From Gemmatimonadales bacterium (GTDB lineage: Bacteria; Gemmatimonadota; Gemmatimonadetes; Gemmatimonadales; GWC2-71-9), in NCBI GenBank assembly GCA_041615815.1, contig JBFJCP010000007.1:32001-96000 (forward strand): 64,000 nt of DNA, given 5' to 3'. The notes beneath the pieces were generated by a model. The model was not told the origin of the DNA. It worked only from the letters and a program-made list of their open reading frames with translations, and did not search any database. Shown piece after piece: positions 28,414-38,097 of the stretch. Within the stretch, counting starts at the first letter, position 1. Every line of letters starts with the position of its first letter. Made by a program: the position numbers and the translations under genes.

Positions 28414-30069
28414 ATGAAGAAGCGCATACGGCTGACGGTCTGGGCAGCGGCCTTCGTGTTCACGGGCGCCGCGGGATGTGCTCCCGATGTGCGATGTCCC
28501 ACCGATTGGTGCGGGACGGTGGTTGTGATCACCGGAGCCGAACCCAGTACGCTGCTGCCACCGTTCACGCAGTTCGACGTCGAGATCGGCATCTCGGATC
28601 TCCTGTTTCTCAAGCTCGCCGATCTTGGGACGGATTTGAACACGATCGATCCCGAAACATTCGAGCCGAGGCTCGCGGCAAGCTGGGCGTTCGAAGACTC
28701 TCTCACCCTACGCCTCGACCTGGATCCAGCGGCCCGGTGGCACGACGGCACACCCGTCACTGCCAGTGACGTGGTGTTCACCTTTGACATGTACCGTGAC
28801 TCGTCGATTGCGGCACGGGCCCGCAGCCGGATCAGCCGGATCGCCTCGGTGTCAGCGCGCGACGGCCGATCGGTCGAGATCCGGTTCGACCGCGCCTATC
28901 CGGAGAGCTTTTTCGACGCCGTGTACCACGTGCGGGTACTCCCCAAACACCTGCTCGACACCATACCCCGTTCCGCACTGGCCACCCATAGCATTGCCCG
29001 CCGGCCCATGGGAAACGGCCCGTTTCGACTCACGCGATGGAATACTGGCGAGCTCATGGATTTCGCCGCCGATTCGTCGTTCTTTCTGGGCCGTCCGGGT
29101 CCTCGCCGGATCGTGTGGCGCTTCGCCGGCGATCCCTCCGCCGCAGCCACCCAGGTACTGGCCGGAGAGGCCGACTTCCTGAATGCGCTCCGACGAGACG
29201 ACATCAGCCGGGTCGAAGCCGACGAGCGCGTGCAGGTGATCCCGTATCCGAGCGTCGCCTACGCCTACATCGTGTTCAACCTTCGGGACCCTCGCGAACC
29301 GAGCCAGCCCCATCCGATCTTTCGCGACCGTACCGTGCGTCGTGCCCTCGCTATGGCCGTGAACCGCAGCGGGATCGTCCGGGCCGTCCGAGGAGACTGG
29401 GGCAACGTCCCGCCCGGTCCGGTGACGCGAGCGCTCTCCATCTGGGACGAAGACCTCGGCGCGTGGCCGTTTGACACGACCCAGGCGCGCACGCTGCTGG
29501 ACAGCGCCGGCTGGCGGGACACCGATGGCAACGGCATACGCGACCGCGGGGGCCAGCCGCTGCGGTTCGAGCTCGTTTTGCCGAACAGTAGTAACGACCG
29601 ACAGCGTTCCGCCGTCATCGTGCAGGAGCAGCTGCGCCGGGTGGGGGTGGAGATGGTCATCACGCCGCTGGATCCCGGCACCTGGATCGAGCGGTCCACG
29701 AGTGGGCAGTTCGACGCCAACTTCGGAGCCCGCAACCAGGATCCCAGTCCCGGAACGATTCTGGAGGCGTGGTCGTCCGCCGGGATTGGCGCCGACAATT
29801 GGGCGCAGTACGTCAATCCGACCGTGGACAGCCTCTTCCGTGCGGCGCTGGAGACCTACGATCCGGACGCCGCCGTGGCTGCATGGCGCGACGCGATCCG
29901 CCGCATCAATCAGGACACGCCGGCTATCTGGATGTACTCACCCGTTCAGGCGGCAGCGGTCCATCGCCGAATCCTGAACCCGAGCATCCGGCCCGACGAA
30001 TGGTGGGCGACCCTGTGGACCTGGCGTGTGTCACCGAACGCCCTCCTCGCTCGAGACGTGATCAACTAG
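28414..30069 (+). CDS. Peptide ABC transporter substrate-binding lipoprotein (family 5)
   Basis: Lipobox AAGC; ARWHDGTPVTASDVVFT; GNGPF; VRRALAMA. Confidence 0.92.
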   Translation: MKKRIRLTVWAAAFVFTGAAGCAPDVRCPTDWCGTVVVITGAEPSTLLPPFTQFDVEIGISDLLFLKLADLGTDLNTIDPETFEPRLAASWAFEDSLTLRLDLDPAARWHDGTPVTASDVVFTFDMYRDSSIAARARSRISRIASVSARDGRSVEIRFDRAYPESFFDAVYHVRVLPKHLLDTIPRSALATHSIARRPMGNGPFRLTRWNTGELMDFAADSSFFLGRPGPRRIVWRFAGDPSAAATQVLAGEADFLNALRRDDISRVEADERVQVIPYPSVAYAYIVFNLRDPREPSQPHPIFRDRTVRRALAMAVNRSGIVRAVRGDWGNVPPGPVTRALSIWDEDLGAWPFDTTQARTLLDSAGWRDTDGNGIRDRGGQPLRFELVLPNSSNDRQRSAVIVQEQLRRVGVEMVITPLDPGTWIERSTSGQFDANFGARNQDPSPGTILEAWSSAGIGADNWAQYVNPTVDSLFRAALETYDPDAAVAAWRDAIRRINQDTPAIWMYSPVQAAAVHRRILNPSIRPDEWWATLWTWRVSPNALLARDVIN

Positions 30070-30076
30070 GCGTCGC

Positions 30077-31051
30077 GTGGCCCGGTCCGTCGCGCTCCGG
30101 GTGTTGCAGGCGGTGGTGATCGTCTTCCTGGTCGCTACGTTCACCTTTGTTCTGCTGCATCTCGCTCCCGGCGACCCCTTTGCCGCGCGGGCGGAGGCAT
30201 CGGCGTTTGCGGATACCGGACTCTTGGAGCAGCACCGCCGCAACTGGGGCCTCGATCAGCCGCTCCACCTGCAATACCTCCGCTACCTCGGGCGCCTGGC
30301 CCGCGGGGACCTCGGGATCTCGTTCTCTGAGCGCCGCCCGGCCTGGGACGCCATCCGCGAGCGCATCCCGAACACGTTGCTTCTGGCCGGCGCCGCGCTG
30401 ATCGTCGATTTCTTGCTTGGCATCGCGATCGGAGTCATCCAAGGCATTCGCCCCAAGTCGCGCACCGACGATGCGCTGTCCCTCGTGAGCCTCACCCTCT
30501 ACTCCATCCCGGTGTTCTGGCTCGGCATCATGCTCGTCCTGCTCTTCGCGGTCCAGCTCGATTGGCTGCCGGCTGGTGGAGCCACCGATGCCGTGGCGTA
30601 CCCGTCACTGCCGGTCCTGGGCAAAATGTGGGATCGTCTCGTGCACCTCGCGCTGCCCGCGTTCACGCTCGGCATCGTGGGTGCTGCCTCGACCGCCCGG
30701 TACGAGCGCGCGGCCATGCTCGAGACGATCGGCCAGGACTTCATTCGCGCAGCCAGAGCCAAAGGACTCGACGAACGCCTGGTCGTTTTGCGGCATGCAC
30801 TGCGCAACGCTTTGCTGCCGGTGATCACACTCCTGGGACTGTCGCTCCCCATTCTGCTTTCGGGCGCCGTGCTCGTGGAAACCGTGTTCACGTGGCCGGG
30901 GCTCGGCCGGCTGGCCGTGGAATCGATCTTCGAGCGTGACTATTACGTGGTCAGCGGCGCGGCGATGCTCTCGGCGGCGCTGGTCGTGATGGGCAACCTC
31001 GCCGCTGATGTCCTGTATGCGGTCGTGGACCCGCGGACCCGAGCCCAATGA
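30077..31051 (+). CDS. Peptide ABC transporter permease (DppB/OppB-like)
   Basis: GDLGIS, ARAKGL EAA loop, ETVFTWPGLG. Confidence 0.93.
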   Translation: MARSVALRVLQAVVIVFLVATFTFVLLHLAPGDPFAARAEASAFADTGLLEQHRRNWGLDQPLHLQYLRYLGRLARGDLGISFSERRPAWDAIRERIPNTLLLAGAALIVDFLLGIAIGVIQGIRPKSRTDDALSLVSLTLYSIPVFWLGIMLVLLFAVQLDWLPAGGATDAVAYPSLPVLGKMWDRLVHLALPAFTLGIVGAASTARYERAAMLETIGQDFIRAARAKGLDERLVVLRHALRNALLPVITLLGLSLPILLSGAVLVETVFTWPGLGRLAVESIFERDYYVVSGAAMLSAALVVMGNLAADVLYAVVDPRTRAQ

Positions 31052-31887
31052 GCATGTCCTGGCTCCGCCGCCTGCTGCGTCACAGGCGGACACGTTTGGG
31101 ATTCGGGCTCGTCGGAGCGTTGGCGCTCGTCGCGGCGCTTGCACCGGTCCTCACTCCGTACGATCCCACCACCCAACTCGATCTCGCAACGGGGCAACTG
31201 CTGAGCCCTTCCGTACGCCACCCGTTCGGCACCGACTTTTTCAGTCGTGATCTCCTGAGCCGGGTGTTGTTTGGCGGACGGATCTCCCTCGCGGTGGCGT
31301 TTCTTTCGGTCTTCCTCTCCGTCACGATTGGCACGGTCGTGGGGTGGGTGGCTGGGATGGCGGGCGGGATTCTCGAGAGCATCACCATGCGTCTCGTGGA
31401 TGCCGCACTGGCCATCCCCCGGATCTTTCTTCTCCTGGTTGTCCTCGCCTTGTGGAGCGATCTTGGCGTCATGGCGCTGATCCTGATTCTCGGTCTCACG
31501 AGCTGGTTCGGCACGAGTCGCCTCGTGCGGGCCGAAGTCCTGAGCCTCAAGGAACGGGAGTTCGTCGTGGCGGCGCGGGCGCTCGGCATCGGGCGACTCC
31601 GGATGTTTGCCCGTCACGTGCTCCCCAATGTGGCGGGGCCCATCATCGTCACCGCGACGCTGGGCATGGGGCACATGATTCTCATTGAAGCGGGGATCTC
31701 TTTTCTCGGTGTCGGCATTCAACCACCCACGCCTTCGTGGGGCAACATCATACGCGAGGGACAGGAGCTGTTGGCGGCGGCACCATGGATCTCGATCTTC
31801 CCCGGCATCGCCATCGTCGTCACGGTGATTGGATTCAGCCTCATCGGGGACGGTCTCCGAGACACCCTCGACCCCCGCGCCCAATGA
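31048..31887 (+). CDS. Peptide ABC transporter permease (DppC/OppC-like)
   Basis: HPFGTD, EFVVAARALG, SFLG...PSWG, GDGLRD. Confidence 0.93.
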   Translation: MSMSWLRRLLRHRRTRLGFGLVGALALVAALAPVLTPYDPTTQLDLATGQLLSPSVRHPFGTDFFSRDLLSRVLFGGRISLAVAFLSVFLSVTIGTVVGWVAGMAGGILESITMRLVDAALAIPRIFLLLVVLALWSDLGVMALILILGLTSWFGTSRLVRAEVLSLKEREFVVAARALGIGRLRMFARHVLPNVAGPIIVTATLGMGHMILIEAGISFLGVGIQPPTPSWGNIIREGQELLAAAPWISIFPGIAIVVTVIGFSLIGDGLRDTLDPRAQ

Positions 31888-32870
31888 ATCCGTTGCTCCG
31901 CGTGCGTCATCTCAGCACCAACTTCCCCACCGATCGCGGGATTGCGCACGCCGTTGACGACGTCTCCTTCGACCTCTACCCTCGCGAAACGCTCGGGCTC
32001 GTGGGCGAGTCCGGATGTGGCAAGACCGTGACAGCGCTCTCGATCCTCCGCTTGCTCGAGGGGACATCCGCCATGATAGGCGAACGGAGCACCGTGGAGT
32101 TCGGCGGCGTGAATCTACTGGACCTCGCGCCGGAGGCGCTTCGGCGTGTCCGGGGTGCGGGGATTGCGATGATTTTCCAAGATCCCACCACGAGTCTCAA
32201 TCCGGTGCTCACCGTGGGCACACAGATCACCGAGACCCTGCGCGCGCACCGCGACGTGAGCCGCCGTGATGCGCGGACCCGTGCGGTGGACTTGCTGAGG
32301 CTCGTGGGCATCCCCGATCCGGACGGGCGCATCGACGCCTACCCACACCAGTTGAGCGGTGGCATGCAGCAGCGCGTGATGATCGCCATCGCGCTTTCGT
32401 GCGAGCCCACGATCCTCATCGCCGACGAACCTACTACCGCGCTCGATGTCACGATCCAAGCGCAGATCCTCGAGTTGCTTGCGGAGCTCAAGGAGCGGCT
32501 TGGCATGGCCATGATCTTGATCACCCATGACTTGGGGGTGGTGGCCGGGGTCGCTGATCGGGTCGCCGTCATGTACGGCGGGCAGATTGTCGAGGTGGCC
32601 CAAACGACGACACTGTTTGCAAACCCCCAGCACCCATATACCGAGGCATTGTTGAAGGCGGTTCCTCGTTTGGACCGGCCCACCAAGCGATTGGCGGCGA
32701 TTCCCGGAGCGGTCCCCGCGGCTACGGCGTGGCCGACCGCCTGTCGGTTTCACCCCCGGTGTCCGCACGCGTGGGACCGTTGTCACGTGGAGCCACCCCA
32801 ACTCCTGACCGACACGAGCCATGCTGTTCGTTGTTGGCTCGTGGAGGAACCGCAGCGGAGACGCGGATGA
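31884..32870 (+). CDS. Peptide ABC transporter ATP-binding protein (DppD-like)
   Basis: [32 protein letters not shown]. Confidence 0.94.
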   Translation: MNPLLRVRHLSTNFPTDRGIAHAVDDVSFDLYPRETLGLVGESGCGKTVTALSILRLLEGTSAMIGERSTVEFGGVNLLDLAPEALRRVRGAGIAMIFQDPTTSLNPVLTVGTQITETLRAHRDVSRRDARTRAVDLLRLVGIPDPDGRIDAYPHQLSGGMQQRVMIAIALSCEPTILIADEPTTALDVTIQAQILELLAELKERLGMAMILITHDLGVVAGVADRVAVMYGGQIVEVAQTTTLFANPQHPYTEALLKAVPRLDRPTKRLAAIPGAVPAATAWPTACRFHPRCPHAWDRCHVEPPQLLTDTSHAVRCWLVEEPQRRRG

Positions 32871-33907
32871 CCAACTCACCGCTCGTGGATATTCAGGGTC
32901 TCGTCAAGGCGTTCACCGACCGCGGCGGCCTCTTTGGTCGACGCGTCACGATACGCGCCGTGGACGGGATCGATCTTGCGATCGCGCGCGGTGAGGTACT
33001 CGGTCTCGTTGGAGAGAGCGGTAGCGGGAAGACCACCCTGGGCCGCTGCGCGCTCCGGCTGATCGACCCCGACGCGGGCACGGTGACCTTCGACGGGCTC
33101 CAGGTCTTGAAACTCGATGCCGGGGCGCTGCGACGACTCCGTCGCCGCATGCAGATCGTGTTCCAGGACCCGTTTGGCTCGCTCAACCCCCGCATGACGG
33201 TGGGGACGGCAATTCGGGAGCCGCTCGAGGTGCACCGCCTGGCTCGGAAGGCCGCGGCCCGGACGCGCGTGGGCGAGCTCCTGGGAGAGGTGGGCCTCGA
33301 CGCCAGCTTTGCCGATCGATACCCCCACGAGCTCTCCGGGGGCCAGCGGCAACGGATCGGCATTGCCCGCGCCCTCTCCGTGAAGCCCGAGTTCATCGTC
33401 TTGGACGAACCGGTTTCGGCGCTCGATGTGTCGGTCCAGGCGCAGGTCCTGAACCTGCTGGCGGACCTTCGGGAACGCCACGGCCTTACCTATTTATTCA
33501 TTGCGCACGACCTGGCGGTGGTTCGTCACCTGACCCACCGGGTCGCCGTGATGTATCTCGGTCGTCTCATGGAGCTGGCGCCCACCGAGCATCTGTTCGC
33601 CGGGCCGCGACATCCCTACACCACGTCGCTGCTTTCGGCCGTCCCAGTTCCCGATCCCGAGGCCTCTCGCACGCGAATCGTATTGAGCGGTGATCCGCCG
33701 AGTGCGCGGCGTCCGCCCACCGGTTGCGTCTTCCATCCCCGCTGTCCCCACCCAGCCAAGGATGCGCGGTGCCAAAACGAGGTGCCGGCGTTGCGGGAGC
33801 TCATGCCCGGATGCTACGCGGCCTGTCACTACGCGGAGCAGCCGCTGGAGGCTGGAAGGGTGGAACGCCGCAAGGACGGAGGCGTCAGCCAGCCGGAAGC
33901 ACACTAG
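32867..33907 (+). CDS. Peptide ABC transporter ATP-binding protein (DppF-like)
   Basis: [25 protein letters not shown]. Confidence 0.94.
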   Translation: MTNSPLVDIQGLVKAFTDRGGLFGRRVTIRAVDGIDLAIARGEVLGLVGESGSGKTTLGRCALRLIDPDAGTVTFDGLQVLKLDAGALRRLRRRMQIVFQDPFGSLNPRMTVGTAIREPLEVHRLARKAAARTRVGELLGEVGLDASFADRYPHELSGGQRQRIGIARALSVKPEFIVLDEPVSALDVSVQAQVLNLLADLRERHGLTYLFIAHDLAVVRHLTHRVAVMYLGRLMELAPTEHLFAGPRHPYTTSLLSAVPVPDPEASRTRIVLSGDPPSARRPPTGCVFHPRCPHPAKDARCQNEVPALRELMPGCYAACHYAEQPLEAGRVERRKDGGVSQPEAH

Positions 33908-33974
33908 CCGTTCGTCCTCCCATCTTCCGGCGGTGCCGACGTCTGACGTTCCAACCTTCCTGCCTTCCTTCCAT
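33846..33974. repeat. Degenerate ~8-bp periodic repeats in inverted arrangement
   Basis: TGGAGGC TGGAAGGG TGGAACGC CGCAAGGA CGGAGGCG (33846-33884), then CCTCCCAT CTTCCGGC...GTTCCAAC CTTCCTGC CTTCCTTC (to ~33974). Confidence 0.5.
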
Positions 33975-34012
33975 TCTGCTATCTATTGCCGACCCTGAGC
34001 AGTGGAGCCCCC

Positions 34013-35506
34013 ATGAGCGTGTTCGTTGCGATCGTCCTCCTCTACCCCCTGCTCCTCATCGGCGTGAGCGTGTGGCGCGCCCGGGGCGTCAAGAGCCACG
34101 CCGATTTCATGGTGGCGGGACGGTCCGTGCCCGTGGCGTTGCTGGTCGGGACGCTCGTGTGCACGTGGATCGGATCGGGGTCGCTCTTCGGCGGCGCGGG
34201 GTTGGCCTATCGCACGGGCATAGCCGAGCTATGGTTCTCCTCGGGAGGATGGGTCGGCCTCGTGGTGGCCTATTTCATCGCGGGGCGGGTTCGGCGCATC
34301 GCGCAGTACACGGTGCCGGATCTCTTGGAGCAACGCTACAACGCCGCAGCCCGCCTGCTGGGTACCGTGGCCATCATTCTCGCCTACGTCACGATCGCGG
34401 CGTACCAGTTCCGGGGTGGTGGTTGGATTCTGAGCATCGTCACCGACGGGCGAATCACCGCTACGCAGGGGATGTACATCACCGCCACGGCGATCGTGTT
34501 GTTCACCGCCCTCGCCGGCATGGTCTCCATCGTGACGGTGGATGTCTTCAACGGCATCATCATCACCCTTGGTGTGCTGCTCGCCCTGCCGTACATGGTG
34601 TTCGAGGTCGGCGGTGTGGGCCAAGTGCTCGAGGCCTTACCCGACGCCCACCTGACCCCATTGGGCGGGCACAACGTGCTCTGGGTCCTGGGCGTGGCGA
34701 TGCCCACGTTCCTGCTGATTCTCGGCGAGAGCGGGATGTACCAGAAATTCTTCTCCGCGAAGAACGAGCGCGCCGCCCGGCAGGCGGTCCTCGGCATGGT
34801 CGTGGGCATTGTCGTCATCGAAACGGCGTTGGCACTTCTCGCCATCGTGGGTCGCGCCGCCTACCCGGACCTCGTGACGCAGACGTCGATCGTGGGGCGG
34901 GCGGCGTCCGAGACCGTGATTCTCTACGTCGCTCGTCACGGGCTGCCGCTCGCCGGGGGCGCGATCTTGCTGGCGGCGGCCATCGCCATCGTGCTGTCCA
35001 CAGGCAACACCTTCTTGCTGGTCCCTTCGACCAACGTGAGCCGGGATATCTGGCAGCGTTTCATCCGTCCCCATGCCTCGGAACAAGAAAAGCTCTGGCT
35101 CCAGCGCGGTTTCGTCGCGCTCTTTGGTGTGTTTGGCCTCGTCTTGCTCACACAGTTCGAGACGGTGCTGGCGATGGCGCTCTACGCCTATTCCCTGGTG
35201 GGCGCCAGTCTGACGCCGGCGCTCTTGGCCGCGTTCCTCTGGAAACGGGTGACGCCCACGGGGGGAGTCGCATGCATTGCCGGTGGGCTGGGCAGCATCG
35301 TGGGGATTGGGGTGCTGGACCGGTTGGGGATGAGCTTCGCGACGACCATCGGGGGAACGGAATTCGACTTCGCAAGCAGCGACTACATCGTCATTCCTGG
35401 GGTGTTGATCTCGGTCACCCTGCTGATCGTCGTCAGCCTCCTCACCGCGCCTTCACCGGCGGCAAAGTGGGCGCCGTTCTTCTCCAACGAGGAGCCAGCC
35501 AGCTAG
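34013..35506 (+). CDS. Sodium:solute symporter family protein
   Basis: DFMVAGRS, TWIGSGS, YTVPDLLEQRY, many TM helices. Confidence 0.92.
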   Translation: MSVFVAIVLLYPLLLIGVSVWRARGVKSHADFMVAGRSVPVALLVGTLVCTWIGSGSLFGGAGLAYRTGIAELWFSSGGWVGLVVAYFIAGRVRRIAQYTVPDLLEQRYNAAARLLGTVAIILAYVTIAAYQFRGGGWILSIVTDGRITATQGMYITATAIVLFTALAGMVSIVTVDVFNGIIITLGVLLALPYMVFEVGGVGQVLEALPDAHLTPLGGHNVLWVLGVAMPTFLLILGESGMYQKFFSAKNERAARQAVLGMVVGIVVIETALALLAIVGRAAYPDLVTQTSIVGRAASETVILYVARHGLPLAGGAILLAAAIAIVLSTGNTFLLVPSTNVSRDIWQRFIRPHASEQEKLWLQRGFVALFGVFGLVLLTQFETVLAMALYAYSLVGASLTPALLAAFLWKRVTPTGGVACIAGGLGSIVGIGVLDRLGMSFATTIGGTEFDFASSDYIVIPGVLISVTLLIVVSLLTAPSPAAKWAPFFSNEEPAS

Positions 35507-35904
35507 CCGAGGAAGAGATCGCTTTGGTTGAGCGCGGCGCGGGTGGTCTCGGTGCCGAGGAGCGTGCGGAGCCGACGGGTCCACGCCGCGACGTCGAAGC
35601 GTGCTTCCGTGGCCAACATGCGATCCAAGACATCGGGGAAGCCTTCGAACGCATCGAGCAGATCCGAGAGTGCTTCCCGCAACTCCAGGGCCCGAAACTG
35701 TTCTTCCGTGGCGAGGGCCATGTCCTGGAGGATGGCCTGTTCGGTCCGCGAGGCGATGATGGGGTGCTCGAGGGAGGCGGTATAGACCTCGGTTCGTCGC
35801 CCGGGGCCGCGCTCGTCCTCGATCGGCATGAGCCCCACGATCGCGTCGGAGCGCCAGTACTTGCCGTACCCCAGGTAGACCATTCGATCCGGTTTGATTT
35901 CCAT
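35503..35904 (-). CDS. Hypothetical protein with RemA/DUF370-like N-terminal pattern
   Basis: VYLGYGKYWRSDAIVGLMP...GRRTEVY...PIIASRT. Confidence 0.65.
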   Translation of the reverse strand: MEIKPDRMVYLGYGKYWRSDAIVGLMPIEDERGPGRRTEVYTASLEHPIIASRTEQAILQDMALATEEQFRALELREALSDLLDAFEGFPDVLDRMLATEARFDVAAWTRRLRTLLGTETTRAALNQSDLFLG

Positions 35905-35913
35905 GCCGCCGTC

Positions 35914-36480
35914 CTATGACCGCCCCATCTTCTTCTTGAGGGCTTCGAGCTGTGCCTCGGCTTCTGCCTCCCGCGCCGCGCGGTCGAGCCGGGTCCGCAG
36001 CTGTTGCTCTTCCCGACTCGCGCCGCGGGAAAGTCCGGCCGCTTCGAGGTCGCGCCAGGCCGCTTCCACGCTCCGAGCCGCGTCGCTGGCAGGCTGGGAT
36101 TGTTCGAACGCTCGGTACTCGACCTTCATCTCCTGTACTTCTCGCTCGGCCAACGCCAGCTCCGCCTGCTGAGCGGCGAGCTTCTGCTCCAACACCTGGA
36201 CGCGCCCTCGATGCTTCGCCGCGAATCGCTCCGCCACCTCCACGGTTTCGTGATCGCCAATGCCCGTGGCCAAGCGCCCACGGCGCTCGGCGTCACCAAG
36301 CGCCGTGCGCTCCATGGTCAATTCCTGTTGGACCGCCGCGATCCCCTTGTGCATGGCTTCGAGCGACGTGCGCGCCTCGATGATCGCACTCCGCATCTGC
36401 GCCGCGAGGTCACGCGAGTCGGGCGGCGGCATCGCGGCGTCGAGCGCCGCATTGAGTGCCGCCCGAAGTCGCTCGAACAC
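35914..36480 (-). CDS. PspA/IM30-like coiled-coil protein
   Basis: MFERLRAALNAALD, helical hairpin pattern, EAQLEALKKKMG C-terminus. Confidence 0.7.
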   Translation of the reverse strand: MFERLRAALNAALDAAMPPPDSRDLAAQMRSAIIEARTSLEAMHKGIAAVQQELTMERTALGDAERRGRLATGIGDHETVEVAERFAAKHRGRVQVLEQKLAAQQAELALAEREVQEMKVEYRAFEQSQPASDAARSVEAAWRDLEAAGLSRGASREEQQLRTRLDRAAREAEAEAQLEALKKKMGRS

Positions 36481-36644
36481 TAACTCTTCTTGACGGTCTT
36501 GGCGTAGAAGGCCGAAAGCACTTGCTCCACTTGTGCCGACTTACACTTGGGACAAGCGGGCCGTTTTCGCCCATGGACCTCGATGGACTCGACTTTGGAG
36601 AAGTGTTTTCCGCACTTGGGGCAGCGATATTCATACGTCGGCAT
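36480..36644 (-). CDS. FmdB-family zinc-ribbon protein
   Basis: MPTYEYRCPKCG...CPKC...S. Confidence 0.9.
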   Translation of the reverse strand: MPTYEYRCPKCGKHFSKVESIEVHGRKRPACPKCKSAQVEQVLSAFYAKTVKKS

Positions 36645-36681
36645 ACGGCTCGAACCTCGTGGTAAAAGGGTGGACGTGAAA

Positions 36682-36710
36682 ACGATACGCGGCACTGAAA
36701 ACGGGGTCAA
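36682..36710 (-). promoter_or_regulatory. sigma70-type promoter for FmdB/PspA-like operon
   Basis: TTGACC(36710-36705)-17 nt-TATCGT(36687-36682). Confidence 0.65.
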
Positions 36711-36866
36711 GGAAGCGGTTGAACCCCGCCACCCCGATGCGCTCGCGGATGGCGCCATTACGACCGCTCCCGCCACTGCCACTCCGCTGTCGCCGGGGGC
36801 GACCGCGGGGGTTGGACCCGGTTGTCCTAGTCGTCATATGTCACAGAACGTACAATTCCTACCACT

Positions 36867-37388
36867 ATGTTCAGAAACTTGACGCTGGTGGGCCTCGCCC
36901 TGGTCGCGTGCTCCAGCGGAAACCGGGAAAACAGCCCGGTCTGCGGGCTCTCCGCCATGGCCGGCGCCTCGATGGTGATGGAGCAGCTGCGATCGTCCAG
37001 CAAGGTCCTCCGCGCTCCGCCTCCCGAACTGCGTGGAGTCGTCCCGGCCCGTGTCGTGGGGTACGGCACGGGGCGGGCATTGGTGGGCGAGAGCCCCGAC
37101 GGCGTGGTGCTAGGCTTCGAAGGTAACGGGTTTCCCCAAGTCCCGGGGTTCGGATTGGTCTTGGTCGAGGACTCGGCGGACACCTTCAAGGGAGTACTGA
37201 TTTTCGAGACGATGCCTCCCTATGGCTATCCGCAGTTCGGGAGCATCGCCGGGGCCAATGCCACGTTGCCCCTGTACGGCCTGCGGGTGACCTGGGGCGC
37301 GGTGAGCGATCCCAAATGTCCGCTCTTCGGCCCCATCGACACCACCGGGATGCCGATGAGGGGTGGCGCGACTACAGGGACAGGTTGA
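36867..37388 (+). CDS. Hypothetical lipoprotein
   Basis: Lipobox LALVAC; TACAAT at 36851-36856 just upstream. Confidence 0.75.
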   Translation: MFRNLTLVGLALVACSSGNRENSPVCGLSAMAGASMVMEQLRSSSKVLRAPPPELRGVVPARVVGYGTGRALVGESPDGVVLGFEGNGFPQVPGFGLVLVEDSADTFKGVLIFETMPPYGYPQFGSIAGANATLPLYGLRVTWGAVSDPKCPLFGPIDTTGMPMRGGATTGTG

Positions 37389-38097
37389 ACTCGTCCGCCA
37401 CCTGACGCATGAGCCGGTCGGGCGAGGAGCACCTGGGGAAAAACAGCCGGTCCGAGAGCCGGTTCAGCGCCACCCGAAGGGTGGGGAACGCGTCCGCTGC
37501 TTTGGCGTAGATGTCGTCCAACTCGAATTCCCGGGCGAGACGATGATCAGAGGCCAGCCGAAAGCCGCGGGCGCCCATCGTGTCGTAGTAGCTGAGGTCC
37601 GGGCCGCCCTTTCGAGCCCGTCGCGTCGTGATGAAATCTGGAAACACGCCCGCGAGCCAGAGACTGAAGTTCCCGAGGTGGGCCCGAATCAAGAACCCAC
37701 GCCGGCCGGTGCCAGGGTCCAGGTCGGCCACGATCTCGGTGAGGTAGCGATACTCGTGATCACTGTGGTGCGCAACGCGAAGCGCTCGGTCTCGCAGCCC
37801 GAACTCGTACAGCATGGCGCCGAGATACTCCGCCAGGCGGGTGTCGTCGATGCCCACGGTGCGCAGGGTCTCGCGGACTGCTACGTAGAGAAACAGCGCC
37901 GGCGACGGGCTCCCGAGACTGGGATGGCGGCGGAGATGCTCCAGCAGCGTCGGATCATCGAGCAGCGCATCGGGCCCATCCTGCGCCACAAGGCGCTCCA
38001 ACCTCCGCTGGTGTGCCGCGTCGCCCTCTGCCAAGAGATGCACCACCAAGTCGATATCGGCGGCCGTGAGTCGCTGTTTGATGTTCGCGAGGATCAT
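37372..38097 (-). CDS. Hypothetical protein
   Basis: MILANIKQRLT...AHLGNFSLWLAGVFPD...LSYYDTMG; SD GGAGA upstream of ATG 38097. Confidence 0.8.
   Translation of the reverse strand: MILANIKQRLTAADIDLVVHLLAEGDAAHQRRLERLVAQDGPDALLDDPTLLEHLRRHPSLGSPSPALFLYVAVRETLRTVGIDDTRLAEYLGAMLYEFGLRDRALRVAHHSDHEYRYLTEIVADLDPGTGRRGFLIRAHLGNFSLWLAGVFPDFITTRRARKGGPDLSYYDTMGARGFRLASDHRLAREFELDDIYAKAADAFPTLRVALNRLSDRLFFPRCSSPDRLMRQVADEFNLSL

Noticed and set aside
33724..35919. 731-aa plus-strand ORF
   Set aside because: Alternative frame over the sodium:solute symporter; Arg/Gly/Pro-rich with no domain.
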